64,000 nucleotides of DNA. Origin: an uncultured Planctomycetota bacterium. Its GTDB lineage: Bacteria > Planctomycetota > Planctomycetia > Isosphaerales > Isosphaeraceae. Below the pieces are notes generated by a model. That model had not been told where the DNA came from and ran no database searches. It worked only from the letters and a program-made list of their open reading frames with translations. The stretch lies in contig CAWJTV010000005.1 of the NCBI GenBank assembly GCA_963845755.1, positions 256,001 through 320,000 of the forward strand, read 5' to 3'. A program made the translations under genes and the position numbers. Positions 10,485 to 20,800 of this stretch are shown here, piece by piece; positions within the stretch are counted from its first letter, which is position 1; every line of letters starts with the position of its first letter.

Positions 10485-11526
10485 TCAAGGCGGGTTTCGC
10501 GGCGGCGGCTCCAGTCGTCGAGAGACTTCCGTCGCCACGACTTCCGTGAAACTGTCGGTCGATTCCTCTCCGCCCAGGTCGCGGGTGCGGACTCCCTGGC
10601 GCAAGAGGTCCAACGTCGCGTTCTTGACGGCCTGCCCGGCGCTGATCTCGCCGAGCTGGTAGAGCAACAGCGACAGGGCCAGGAAGATCGCCGTGGGGTT
10701 GGCCAGGTTCTTGCCGGCGATGTCGGGAGCCGTGCCATGGGCGGCGTCGAAGAGGGCGACACGGACGACGGTGGCCGCGTCGAAGCCGAGATTGGCGCGG
10801 CGCCAATGCCCAGCGAGCCGGCCAGTCCGCAGGCCATATCCGAGAGGAAATCGCCGTACTCGTTCAGCACGAGGACGATCTGGAACTTCTCGGGCGCCAT
10901 GATCACCTTGCCGAGCAGGGCGTCGAACAACTCGACCGAGTGCGGTACCTCGTGGAACTGCTCGGCAACTTCCCGGGTGACGCGTTCGAACAGGCCGTCG
11001 GTCGCCTTCTGGATGGTGTATTTCGACGAGCTGGTGACTTTCTTGCCGGTCTTGCGCGCAGGTTGAAGGCATAGCGGGCCGCCTCGCTGACCGGTCGCCG
11101 CTCGACGATTCGAAGGCTGACCGCCCCATCCTCGCCGATCATCCGCCCGGGATCGTCGTAGGTGCCACCGGTGGCGATCCGGACGATGTCCAGGTCAAGC
11201 TCCCGACGGAAGTTGGTCGGTACCCCGGGGATCGTGTATACCGGCCGGTGGATGACCGAGAGGTCCAACCGGCGCCTGAGGATCGCATTCGGGCTCTCCT
11301 CGGCGGTGGTTGTCGGATGCTTCAGCGCCACTCGCGTGGATGTGATGGCTTCGACGGCCTCGTCGTAGACGGCCTTGCCGCGAGCCCGGCGATTCTCGAG
11401 ACGAAAATCCACGGGGATGAACTCGAGCCGAATCGGTAGCACTTCGGCCAGCCGGTGGATTGCTCGGGACAGCTCCGCGCCGATGCCATCGCCCAGGAGC
11501 TCCGTGACGGGGTAGGTCGGACGCAT
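10485..11526 (-). CDS. Isocitrate/isopropylmalate dehydrogenase family protein; two frameshifts (~11060, ~10800)
   Basis: 'LLGDGIGAEL', 'SPNAILRRRLDL', 'NEYGDFLSD', 'AHGTAPDIAGKNLANP', 'RTRDLGG' distributed over three frames. Confidence 0.85.
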
Positions 11527-11626
11527 CAGTCGGCAGGTCTCCATGGCCATCGCAGCGCCGCGGACGCGTCCCGGCACCGTTGGGAGACACCCATGAGCCC
11601 AGGTCTTAGAGTCGGTCCCAGAAGGG

Positions 11627-11698
11627 CGAGCGGGGGCGTCAGCCCCCTGTCCGGTGAGCGACGGACCTCCAAGACAGGGGGCTGACGCCCCCCGCTCG
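11627..11698. repeat. REP-like palindromic element
   Basis: cgagcgggggcgtcagccccctgtc (11627-11651) / gacagggggctgacgccccccgctcg (11673-11698); arms differ only by one base in a G/C run. Confidence 0.8.
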
Positions 11699-11814
11699 AC
11701 CGGACCGGCCCCTTCTGGCACAGACTCTTACCGCGACCGCGACTTCCGATTGTATGAGCCGGTCGGCAAAAGCGTCAAATCCGACTCCGGCCGCCGCGAA
11801 CTTGGCCGGTCCAC

Positions 11815-11844
11815 TTGGCAGCACCTCTCGGCGGGGGGTATATT
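11815..11844 (+). promoter_or_regulatory. Possible sigma70-type promoter for the operon starting at 12005
   Basis: TTGGCA-N18-TATATT in an intergenic region between divergent genes. Confidence 0.35.
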
Positions 11845-12004
11845 AAGAGTGAAGGGGTCGTCCCGGGCTCCGCGGAACGACTTCCTGAGTTCTTCGTCGG
11901 TTTCCCCTCGTCTCTTATCAGCTCGGCGAGTGGATCGAAGAGGCTGGCGCCGAATTCCTGCGGCGAGGATGGCGAGGTCTCCGACCACGGGCGGGAGAGG
12001 TCTG

Positions 12005-12532
12005 ATGTCCACCGCGGGTAAGGTTCTTGTCGTCTTCGTCATGTTGACCACGATGCTCTGGATGATCCTGGCAGGCGGGGTCGCCCAGCTCAATCGCAAT
12101 GGCAACGCGGCCCTGCAGAAACTCGCGGACGATATCGAAAAAATGGATGCGGAACTGATAAGCGCCAAGCACGAGATCCTGGACCTTCGAGATCAGACGG
12201 CCTTCAGCCAGGAATCCATCGACCGAGAGGTTGCGGTCCTGCGATCCCGGCAGGCGGACCTGGAGGATGCGCACTCCCAGATTTCGGAGAGCCTCTCGCG
12301 ATTGCGATATCAACAGGCGACCGTGGAAGAGACGATCAAGACCGCACAAACCTCGCTCCAGAACCGCAATAAAGAACACCAGGACGAAGAGAAAGCAATC
12401 GACGATCTGAGGACGGAAGTCCGGGGCCTCAAGACCGACAACACTCAACTCATGGCCCGACTCCAGTCGCTACGCGACAAGTTCCAGGAGACGTACGGCT
12501 CCAACCTAAAGATGCTCAACCAGCGACAGTGA
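12005..12532 (+). CDS. Membrane-anchored coiled-coil protein
   Basis: GGAGAGG before ATG 12005; N-terminal TM helix followed by ~140 aa of heptad-rich sequence. Confidence 0.75.
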   Translation: MSTAGKVLVVFVMLTTMLWMILAGGVAQLNRNGNAALQKLADDIEKMDAELISAKHEILDLRDQTAFSQESIDREVAVLRSRQADLEDAHSQISESLSRLRYQQATVEETIKTAQTSLQNRNKEHQDEEKAIDDLRTEVRGLKTDNTQLMARLQSLRDKFQETYGSNLKMLNQRQ

Positions 12533-13692
12533 CCGGATCACACGACGGCGAGAGGATGGACAGCGGCCGGCGCTCCGAGGTGTGCCATCATTCGGACTTC
12601 AGGGCCGTGGAGGTCGGATCGGCTGTCTCAACGGCGAGCGATCGGGGTGCCCTCTCCGCGGACTGGGTCGGAATCGTGGCGAATCGGGGTTCGGGGCTGG
12701 GACGGGGTCGCCGGCTGGTCGAGGAGCTAATCTCACAGTTACGACGATTAGGGCTGCGGGCAGAAGTCGCCTGGACCCCCGAAGAACGTTCGTCCCTGGT
12801 CAGCCAGGCGACGCGCGACGGCACATGCCGATGCCTCGTGGCCGTTGGAGGCGATGGGACCGTCTCGGCCCTCTTGAACGAACGGCCACACCGGCCGGTT
12901 ACGGTGCTGCCGGCGGGTACGGAGAACCTCGTTGCCCGCCATTTCGGCCTCCCGCGGAACCCCCGAATCCTGGCCAGGACGATCGCTGCCGGGCGGTCCC
13001 TTTCGGTTGACGTCGGCCAGTCGGACGACCGCCGCTTTCTCCTGATGGCCGGCTTCGGGTTCGACGCCGACGTCGTGACCCGGCATCATCGAGGACGGCT
13101 CTCACGATCGGGCCGCATTCGGCCCACTCATCGGATGGCCTACGTCGAGCCGATCCTGCGGTCAAGCTTTTCTTATCGGTTCCCCAGGATCTCGGTCCGA
13201 ATCGCCGACCCGGGTCTCGAGGAAGTCTTGCGCGGAACGACCGTGTTCGTGTTCAACCTGCCCCGGTACGCGCTGGGGCTGCCGTTCGTCCCCGTCGCTC
13301 GCGAGGACGATGGTTGGCTCGATCTGGTCGTCTTCCGGGAGCCGGGACCGTTCCAGGCCCTCTTCTACTTGTGGAAAGTCTTCTGCGGTATCCACCTCGG
13401 TGATCCCGGCGTCTTCCATCGCCGGATCCGGAAAGTGATTGTGACCGCAGAGGAACCGATCCCGGTCCAGCTCGATGGCGATCCCGGCGGCTACCTGCTA
13501 CCTCACGGCGCTGAATCTCCGGACGCAGGCCACCGACCTGTCCCTCATGCCGAAAACCTACCGGCGAATGGTCGCGACCACCTCGCCGAGTGGACCATCG
13601 AGATCCTCCCCTCCGCGCTGAAGGTCCTCGTTCCCCCCGGGCGCTTCAAACGGGCGGAACGGCCTCCGCTCGCCCTCGATGGCGCCTCGTGA
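12529..13692 (+). CDS. Diacylglycerol/lipid kinase family protein (YegS/DAGKc); start uncertain
   Basis: 'IVANRGSG', 'VGGDGTV', 'LPAGTENL', 'GFGFDA', 'DDGWLD', 'QLDGD'. Confidence 0.88.
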   Translation: MTGSHDGERMDSGRRSEVCHHSDFRAVEVGSAVSTASDRGALSADWVGIVANRGSGLGRGRRLVEELISQLRRLGLRAEVAWTPEERSSLVSQATRDGTCRCLVAVGGDGTVSALLNERPHRPVTVLPAGTENLVARHFGLPRNPRILARTIAAGRSLSVDVGQSDDRRFLLMAGFGFDADVVTRHHRGRLSRSGRIRPTHRMAYVEPILRSSFSYRFPRISVRIADPGLEEVLRGTTVFVFNLPRYALGLPFVPVAREDDGWLDLVVFREPGPFQALFYLWKVFCGIHLGDPGVFHRRIRKVIVTAEEPIPVQLDGDPGGYLLPHGAESPDAGHRPVPHAENLPANGRDHLAEWTIEILPSALKVLVPPGRFKRAERPPLALDGAS

Positions 13693-13786
13693 TATCCTCA
13701 ACGGCTGTTGGCGGGTCCCTCGTCGACTTTCCTGGAACGGACGGCCCGCCCAGGTCAACATGGCTGGAAGGATCAAGGAGGCAAGG

Positions 13787-14620
13787 ATGGCGACTTCCAA
13801 CCCCGTTCGAATCGGACCGGTCGAGATCGGCACGGACCGCCCACTGGCCTTGATCGCCGGCCCGTGTGTCATGGAGCCAGGCGGTATGACACTGCGAATC
13901 GCGCGGTTCCTGAGCGAACTGTGCGATTCCTTGAGGATTCCTCTCGTCTTCAAAGCCTCGTTCGACAAGGCAAATCGGACGTCCGGGTCGAGTTTTCGCG
14001 GTCCGGGCCTCGACGAAGGCATGAAGGTCTTTGAACGCGTCAAGGCCGAGACGGGCTTGCCGGTGACGACCGACGTGCACGAGACGATCCAGGCCGGGCC
14101 GATCGCCGAGGTGGTGGATTTGCTCCAGGTGCCCGCATTCCTCGCGCGGCAGACCGACTTGCTGGAAGCGGTGGCGGCCACCGGCCGGCCGGTCAACGTC
14201 AAGAAGGGGCAATTCATGGCCCCGTGGGACATGACTCAGGTCGCGATCAAGTTGACAGCCGCGGGGGCCGCGGGTGTGCTCTTGACGGAGCGAGGGACGA
14301 CCTTCGGCTACGGCCGGCTGGTCAACGACTTCCGCGCCATACCGCAGATGCAAACGACCGGCGCACCCGTCGTCTTCGACGCCACGCATTCGGTCCAACT
14401 CCCCGGCGCGGGTCCTGGCGGGACGGCTTCGGCCGGCCAGCGCGAGATGATTCCCACGCTGGCTAAGGCGGCCGTCGCCGCCGGTTGCGACGCCCTGTTC
14501 CTGGAGGTCCACCCCGACCCGGACCACGCCCTATCCGACGGACCGAACTCCTTGCAGATAGATGATTTACGAAGCCTGCTCCAGACCTGCCTCCGGATCC
14601 GAGCCGCACTGGCGGGCTAA
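13787..14620 (+). CDS. kdsA: 3-deoxy-8-phosphooctulonate (KDO8P) synthase
   Basis: 'IAGPCV.E', '[11 protein letters not shown]', '[12 protein letters not shown]', 'NVKKGQF', 'DATHSVQ', 'SDGPN'; AGGAGG RBS. Confidence 0.97.
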   Translation: MATSNPVRIGPVEIGTDRPLALIAGPCVMEPGGMTLRIARFLSELCDSLRIPLVFKASFDKANRTSGSSFRGPGLDEGMKVFERVKAETGLPVTTDVHETIQAGPIAEVVDLLQVPAFLARQTDLLEAVAATGRPVNVKKGQFMAPWDMTQVAIKLTAAGAAGVLLTERGTTFGYGRLVNDFRAIPQMQTTGAPVVFDATHSVQLPGAGPGGTASAGQREMIPTLAKAAVAAGCDALFLEVHPDPDHALSDGPNSLQIDDLRSLLQTCLRIRAALAG

Positions 14621-15052
14621 CCGCGTGGTCCCGACGGATGGGTCTTCCAAAGCTCCCGAACCCCGGAACATGCCCGGGCTCGATGAACCTTCTCTCTCGT
14701 TTGTGCGTAGAGTGAGAAAATGACGACGCGATGAGCGGGGTCTCGCCGTGCGCGGTGAGATATCGGACAATCGGATGGGTCGGAGATCGCATGCGACTCT
14801 GGATCGATCCGAACCTCGTCGCGATCCCGAAGGATCCGGCCGAGCCAGGCCGGAGTGCACTTGATAGTCCGCTTGGATCGATCATCCAGCAACCCCAGAC
14901 ACAACAAGCCGTTTTCGCCGGGACCGTCCCCGTACGGCCAGCCAGTCTGCCCCAACCGGAGCGGTCGGTTCGGCTCGTGCAGGAAACTGGCGACGACGAT
15001 AATTCACAGGAGTCTTCCGGCCTTGAATCGTCGTAATGGTCTCCGAAATCGG

Positions 15053-16807
15053 ATGTTGACCGCCGGACTCGTACTGATCCTAATGGCCGGATGCGATTAC
15101 TCCTCTCCGGCGCCCGTGACACGAAGCGGTGGCATCTATCGGGAGGGGGCGGTTCCCAAATCCCCCAGTACTTTCGATGGGAACGTCGCCAGGAATAGCG
15201 CGGTCCGCCGGTCGCCGGAGGAGCGCAAGGCAATCCTCGATAGCGCGATTACTCTGATCAAAGGTGCAGCACTCCAGCCCGGTGGCCCGCACTTCGAGCA
15301 GGCGGTGAAGAAGCTCAATCAGTACTTCGAGGGGACGGATCCCACTGAATATCAACTCGACTCCGCCGCTCGGGAGTATCTCGGAACGCAATTGCCGCCG
15401 GCATTCATGAAGAATCTCCAGAGCCGGGAATGGGACTTCCGCAAGGACACGCGCCATATCGAAGATTGCATGATGTATTACCGGATCGCCAACCGAGTGG
15501 CAGGAACCGGTCACAACCTGGATCGGGTACGAAGGGTCTTCGATTGGGTCGTGCGACAGGTCCAGCTCGTGCCGCCCGGTGCGCTCGGTGCTGGCCAGTT
15601 GGGACAGGCCTACGCCCGCCCTTATGACGTGCTGCTCCGAGGGATGGCCACGGAGGCTGACGGAGCCTGGGCCGAGCGCGCCTGGTTGTTCATGGCGATG
15701 TGCCGCCAACTGGAGATCGATTCCGGCCTGCTCACCTACACCAGGGGTAACGCGATCGAGCCGATCGTGGCGACCGTCGGTGTCGAAGGCGACGCGAGTA
15801 GCCTTGCACCGAGTTCGCGCCGGAGTCAAAAGCCGGTCGTCATCTGGATCTGTGCGGTCCTGATCGACGATCGGGCTTATCTGTTCGACGCCCGTCTGGG
15901 TGTGGAGATCCCCGGACCCGGCGGTCAGGGCGTGGCGACCCTCGCCGATGTGCTGGCCGACCCCAGCCTCCTCGAGCGGATGAATCTCCCCGGTAAGGTC
16001 CCCTACTCGACCAGCCGGGCCTCGCTCCTGACCAGCCCGAGCAAGATCGGCGTCCTGCTCGACTCCAGCTCCAGCTACTTCGCGCCGAAGATGAGTATGC
16101 TCCAACGTGAGCTGGCCGGTGAGAACCGGACGATCCTTTATCGCCACCCCGCCGAGCAGCGCGACCACTTCACGCGCGTGCTGGCCCCATATAACGGGAA
16201 TGTGACCCTCTGGCCACTCCCGCTGGAGGTCGAGAACCGCCTCTTCACGGACTCTCGTTTCGTCGAGTCGGTCCAATATTCACTCGGCTTCTTCAGCGCC
16301 GACTATCCACTGGTCTATGCCCGTGTCAAGCAACTCCGGGGCGACCTGGATGTAGCGATCGACGAATATGGCAAATTCCGGTTAAGGGAGAACATACCCC
16401 TGGTCACCGACAAGACGAAGAAGAAGCTGATCGCCCCGGAGGTCCAGGAGGGACTCGATATCTACGCGACGTATTATATGGGACTTGCCCAACTCGAGCG
16501 GAACAATCTCGAACTGGCCGAGCTGATGTTTCGCAAGACGCTCGACCTCCTGCCCGCGCCGGCTCCGATGCAGCCCTATTACAGCATGTTCCGCTGGGGT
16601 GCCAACGCTAACCTGGGCCGCATTCTAGAGGCCCGGAATAGCCTACGCGAGGCGGTCGCCTACTACACTCAGGACGACCCGACGTTCCAGCACGCCGGCA
16701 ACCTGCTCCGCGCCCGGGATCTGGTGTGGACCGATCCCATGGTCCCGGTCCCCGACCCGCTCCCCCCTGCGCCCGAGCCGAAAAGCCATCGTGTGCACCG
16801 TCCGTGA
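15053..16807 (+). CDS. Putative lipoprotein with a degenerate transglutaminase-like core and C-terminal TPR-like helices; start uncertain
   Basis: Lipobox 'LILMAGC'; 'VFDWVVRQV...ERAWLFMAMCRQL...YLFDA'; 'ATYYMGLAQLERNNLELAE'. Confidence 0.7.
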   Translation: MLTAGLVLILMAGCDYSSPAPVTRSGGIYREGAVPKSPSTFDGNVARNSAVRRSPEERKAILDSAITLIKGAALQPGGPHFEQAVKKLNQYFEGTDPTEYQLDSAAREYLGTQLPPAFMKNLQSREWDFRKDTRHIEDCMMYYRIANRVAGTGHNLDRVRRVFDWVVRQVQLVPPGALGAGQLGQAYARPYDVLLRGMATEADGAWAERAWLFMAMCRQLEIDSGLLTYTRGNAIEPIVATVGVEGDASSLAPSSRRSQKPVVIWICAVLIDDRAYLFDARLGVEIPGPGGQGVATLADVLADPSLLERMNLPGKVPYSTSRASLLTSPSKIGVLLDSSSSYFAPKMSMLQRELAGENRTILYRHPAEQRDHFTRVLAPYNGNVTLWPLPLEVENRLFTDSRFVESVQYSLGFFSADYPLVYARVKQLRGDLDVAIDEYGKFRLRENIPLVTDKTKKKLIAPEVQEGLDIYATYYMGLAQLERNNLELAELMFRKTLDLLPAPAPMQPYYSMFRWGANANLGRILEARNSLREAVAYYTQDDPTFQHAGNLLRARDLVWTDPMVPVPDPLPPAPEPKSHRVHRP

Positions 16808-17328
16808 TCCGAGAGTACGTGGCGCCGTCCCGGCCGGCCCTCCAGACCTCGCCGTTCGGAGAGTGCCGGCAATGCGCCGCAACCATCGCGGCGCCATCGT
16901 TCCGTCGTCGATCCGCGCCCACCTCGACCGATGAGTGCCTCTCCATGAAGAGGGACCGGTAATATCGCGTCCCGAAAATAATCTGCAAGTCTTTAAATCA
17001 TCAATAGTTCGGTGGCGTTCCTCCCTGTCTGCAGCCGACGCAGATCTCAGGTAGGACGCCTCCCCTGTCGCCTCTCGCGGAAGAAAAGGGCGGTAATTCG
17101 GATTCACGTCTGATTCAGGTCACTTCATCTGATTCATGCACGTCCTGGATCGTCCGCTGCGCCCGTCCTACGACGCGATCGAAGGACGTTCCGCTGCTTA
17201 GCAGGACGATTCTTTGGGAATTACCGGATTTGAGGAGATTACCGAATCCATTGATGGAACCGAAAGAACTTGTTGAGAAGGCTAGACAAGGACGCCATTT
17301 TTTCTTATGAAGTAGGGGCGGAATCCCG

Positions 17329-17357
17329 TTGCAATTGTCCGGCGACAGCGGCAAACT
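17329..17357 (+). promoter_or_regulatory. Candidate sigma70-type promoter for the giant surface-protein gene
   Basis: TTGCAA-N17-CAAACT with an AT-rich stretch upstream. Confidence 0.5.
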
Positions 17358-17379
17358 GAAAATCTTGTTCATCCTTCGT

Positions 17380-17858
17380 AATCAGATGGTCTGTCAGGGG
17401 TCGTGTGACGGTGGGAGCGTCTTTGCGACCTCTGAGCGTTCTTCCGAAGGAGGAAGGCGGTACTGGTAGAGGCTACCCGGGACGCGGAGTTGCTGATGTG
17501 CGGAGACGTATGTTCCGGGAGAGGTGACCTCTGACACCCAATCCACCGCCTGCTGACAGGCGGCCGTAGTCGAGGATCCAGGGCAGCCCACGGGCGTTTG
17601 TCCTAGGCTGTAGACGAGCTTCTGACGGATCGGGACGCCCCGTCCGTCGGGTGACACCCATGCAGGGTGGAGGCAACTGATCGAGCAACCGCCCGACCGC
17701 TGAACCGGTCGAACGGGACGATAGATGCGCGGAACTTTGCCGATGCGGGTGGCGGCGTCACGGCACGCCCGACTCGGCCCGGGAACAGAGAGCCAAGTTA
17801 CCACCATACGCTAACGGGAATTCGGGTCCACGTCTGATCCAGGATCCGTCGTCTGATT
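17380..17858 (+). ncRNA. Candidate large structured 5' leader or ncRNA; no known family recognised
   Basis: Seven or more local hairpins plus a long-range helix 17380-17389/17849-17858; no credible ORF. Confidence 0.4.
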
Positions 17859-17879
17859 CATACAACACGGAGAATCCTC

Positions 17880-20800
17880 ATGTCCACTCGCAAGCGGTCC
17901 CTGCGCGTCCCGGTTGCCGCTGAGACGATCGGCGCGACCGATCCTGGAAGGCCTGGAAATCCGATTGACGCTCTCGACACTACCGGTCCCCGTCGGCGCA
18001 AACCCCTCGCCAGTAGGGCCGGTGGGTACTCCATCGCCCAATCCTGGCACCTCCACGCTCACCCCCAATCCGAATCAGACGGACGCCATCAAGCCGACGG
18101 TCTTGGTGTACCATGCGCCGGGGTCTTATCCCGCGGGGGACGTTCCGGGCCCCGCCGGAATCTTGCCCTACGATAACGGCGACGCAACGCCGGCCGGGGT
18201 CGGCTACTCACCCCAGCAGATTCGTGCCGCCTACGGGGTCAACAATATCTTCTTCGGATCGACGCAGGGTGAAGGTCAGGGAATGACCATCGCCATTGTT
18301 GACGCGTTCGACAACCCCGACATTGTGAACACGGGTTCAGCGACATTCGCTACTAGCGATCTGGGCGTCTACGATTCGACGTTCGGGTTGCCGGATCCGC
18401 CCAGCCTCACCAAGGTGGGCCAGACCGGCGGGGCACCGCCGACTGCGACCGATCCGACGGGCAGTTGGGAGGTCGAGGAGGCGCTGGACGTGGAGATGGT
18501 GCACACCATCGCGCCGCTGGCCAATATCGTCCTGGTCGAGGCGAATGACTCGACCCAATTATACACGGCGGATGCGTATGCGGCGACGATCGCCCCGGTG
18601 GTTTCCAATAGTTGGGGCGGCGGTGAATTCACGGGCGAACAGACGAACGATGCGACCTTCACCGTCCCGAATGTGACGTTCCTCTTCTCGACGGGCGATA
18701 GCGGTGCTCCGGGCGGATACCCGGCCTATTCGCCCGACGTGGTCGCTGTCGGCGGCACCAGCCTGTACGAGAACGCGTCCAACAACGTGACGTACGAATC
18801 GGCTTGGTCGTCGTTCGCCGCTCTGGGCGGGACCATTGGGGGCGCCGGCGGCGGTGGAACCAGCCAGCTCGAACCCGAGCCGTCGTTCCAGCAGGGTGTC
18901 CAGAACACAGGATCCCGTCAGATCCCCGACGTTTCATCGAACGCCGACCCGGCCACAGGCGTCGCGGAGTACGACCTCTATAACGGCGGCTGGTTCCAGG
19001 TCGGCGGCACCAGCGAGGCTTGTCCGGTGTGGGCGGGCTACGTTGCGATCGCCGACCAGGGACGAGCGTTGATGGGTGGTTCTCCGCTCACCGGCTACAC
19101 CCAGACCTTGCCGGCCCTGTACAGTCTACCGTATTCCGATTTCAACGACGTCACGGTCGGTGACGACCAATCCACGAACTACTCGTTCGACCAGTTCGCA
19201 TTCGGCGTAGACGCCCCGAACCCTCCGGCCAAGCCGGGTTACGATTTGGACACCGGCCTGGGTACGGCGAGAGCCGATCTGCTCGTGCCCGACCTGGCGG
19301 CGTTCGGTCTGGCCACGAAGATCGCCGTGACCACGCAGGCCCCCGCCAACGTCATCTCCGGCGACAGCTTCGGCCTGACCGCGACCGTGGAGGATCAAGA
19401 TGGACAGGTCGACTCGAACTTCAACGGCAACGTGACGTTGTCCCTCGCGGCCAATCCCGGCGGCACGACTTTCAACCCCGTCACCGTCGCGGCCGTCAAT
19501 GGTGTGGCCGTTTTCGACGGCCTGACCTTGAACCCGACCGACTCGGGTTACCAGTTCAAAGTCAGCGCGACCGTCAATGGTTCCGCGACCTCGGCGTCCT
19601 CGAGCCTGTTCGCGGTCGTATCGAACCCGACGATGTCGGCCGGCTCGTACTATCCGGCGACGAGCGACGCGAGTCTGCGCAGCGCCATCAGTCAGCGCCG
19701 ACAGCGACAACTTCTCAAGCAGCACCATCTACCTGGAGGCGGGGACGTATGGGCTGACCAACTCCGTGCTGGGGCAGTTGATCCTCCAGGATACGTCGGG
19801 GAGTGAAGCGAGTAAGACGATCACGATCGTCGGCCAGGGGGCGGGCGTGACGGTCATCGAACCATCCACCGACAAGGGATTTGGCGAACGCGTCTTCGAG
19901 ATCATCAGCCAGTCGGGGGCGAGCCTGACGGTGAACTTCCAGAACTTGACGATCGCCGGGGGCTACGCTGCCAACGGCGGCATCCTCGGCGGCAACACCG
20001 CTCTGGGTGGCGGCCTGTTGATCGATGGCGGCACGGTCTCGATGACGAATGTGGATCTCGTTCGACAACCGCGCCTCAAGGCACCCTTGGAGCAGCCGGC
20101 GCTAAGGGTCAAAAGGGCCAACCCGGTCCAACGGGCCAAGCGGGAGGCGCCGCGGCCGGTGGCGCGTTCTACCTGGCCGGTGGTACGCTGCACCTGAACA
20201 ACACGGTGATCAGCCAGAATATCGCCTGGGGAGGCCACGGCGGCACCGGCGGCTTCGGGGGAGCTGGCTTCCAGCGCGGCGGCAACGGAGGTGCGGGCGG
20301 AAACGCATCCGGCGGCGCCGGTTATGTGCTCAGTGGCTCGGTTTCCGGCAGTAGCAACCAGTTCGTTTCGAATGCCGTCCTCGGAGGCCGCGGCGGTTCG
20401 GGCGGGACCGGAGGGACTGGTGCTCCGTCGATTCCGGGCGGCCGCGGCGGTAGCGGTGGGACGGGAGGATTGGCCTATGGCGCCGGACTGTTCGTTTCCG
20501 GCGGCAGCGTCGACCTGGGGACCACCAGTTTCAAGGGCAGCGTGGCCCTCGGAGGAGCGGGTGGATATGGGGCCGTCGAAGGTCACAGCAAGGCCCTGAC
20601 TTCCAACGTGCGCAGTGTCCTGGTCTTCCTCACCAGCGGCGGGGCCGGTGGGAATGGTGGCGACGCTGCCGGTGGTGGTGTCTATCTCTCCAGTGGCACC
20701 GTGAACGTGACCGGCGGCAACGCGGGTTCGGATATGGCCCAGGGCGGGTCGTTCGGGTACAGCGGTAATCTTGCATGGTATTACCTGGGCTTCACCTCCG

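Larger units (their letters stand above)
17091..17861. repeat. Pair of 47-bp imperfect direct repeats (17091-17137 and 17815-17861)
   Basis: cggtaattcggattcacgtctgattcaggtcacttcatctgattcat vs cgggaattcgggtccacgtctgatccaggatccgtcgtctgattcat; 38/47 identical by hand alignment, no gaps. Confidence 0.8.

Noticed and set aside
9902..10930. Dehydrogenase-membrane protein fusion (342-aa track ORF)
   Set aside because: Artefact of the ~10800 frameshift; two separate genes fit better.
17380..17810. tmRNA, RNase P RNA, group II intron or c-di-GMP riboswitch
   Set aside because: A CCACCA occurs near 17801, but there is no tRNA-like acceptor/T-arm, no GAGGAAAGUCC, no domain V and no GGCAAA...GACGCAAA pairing.
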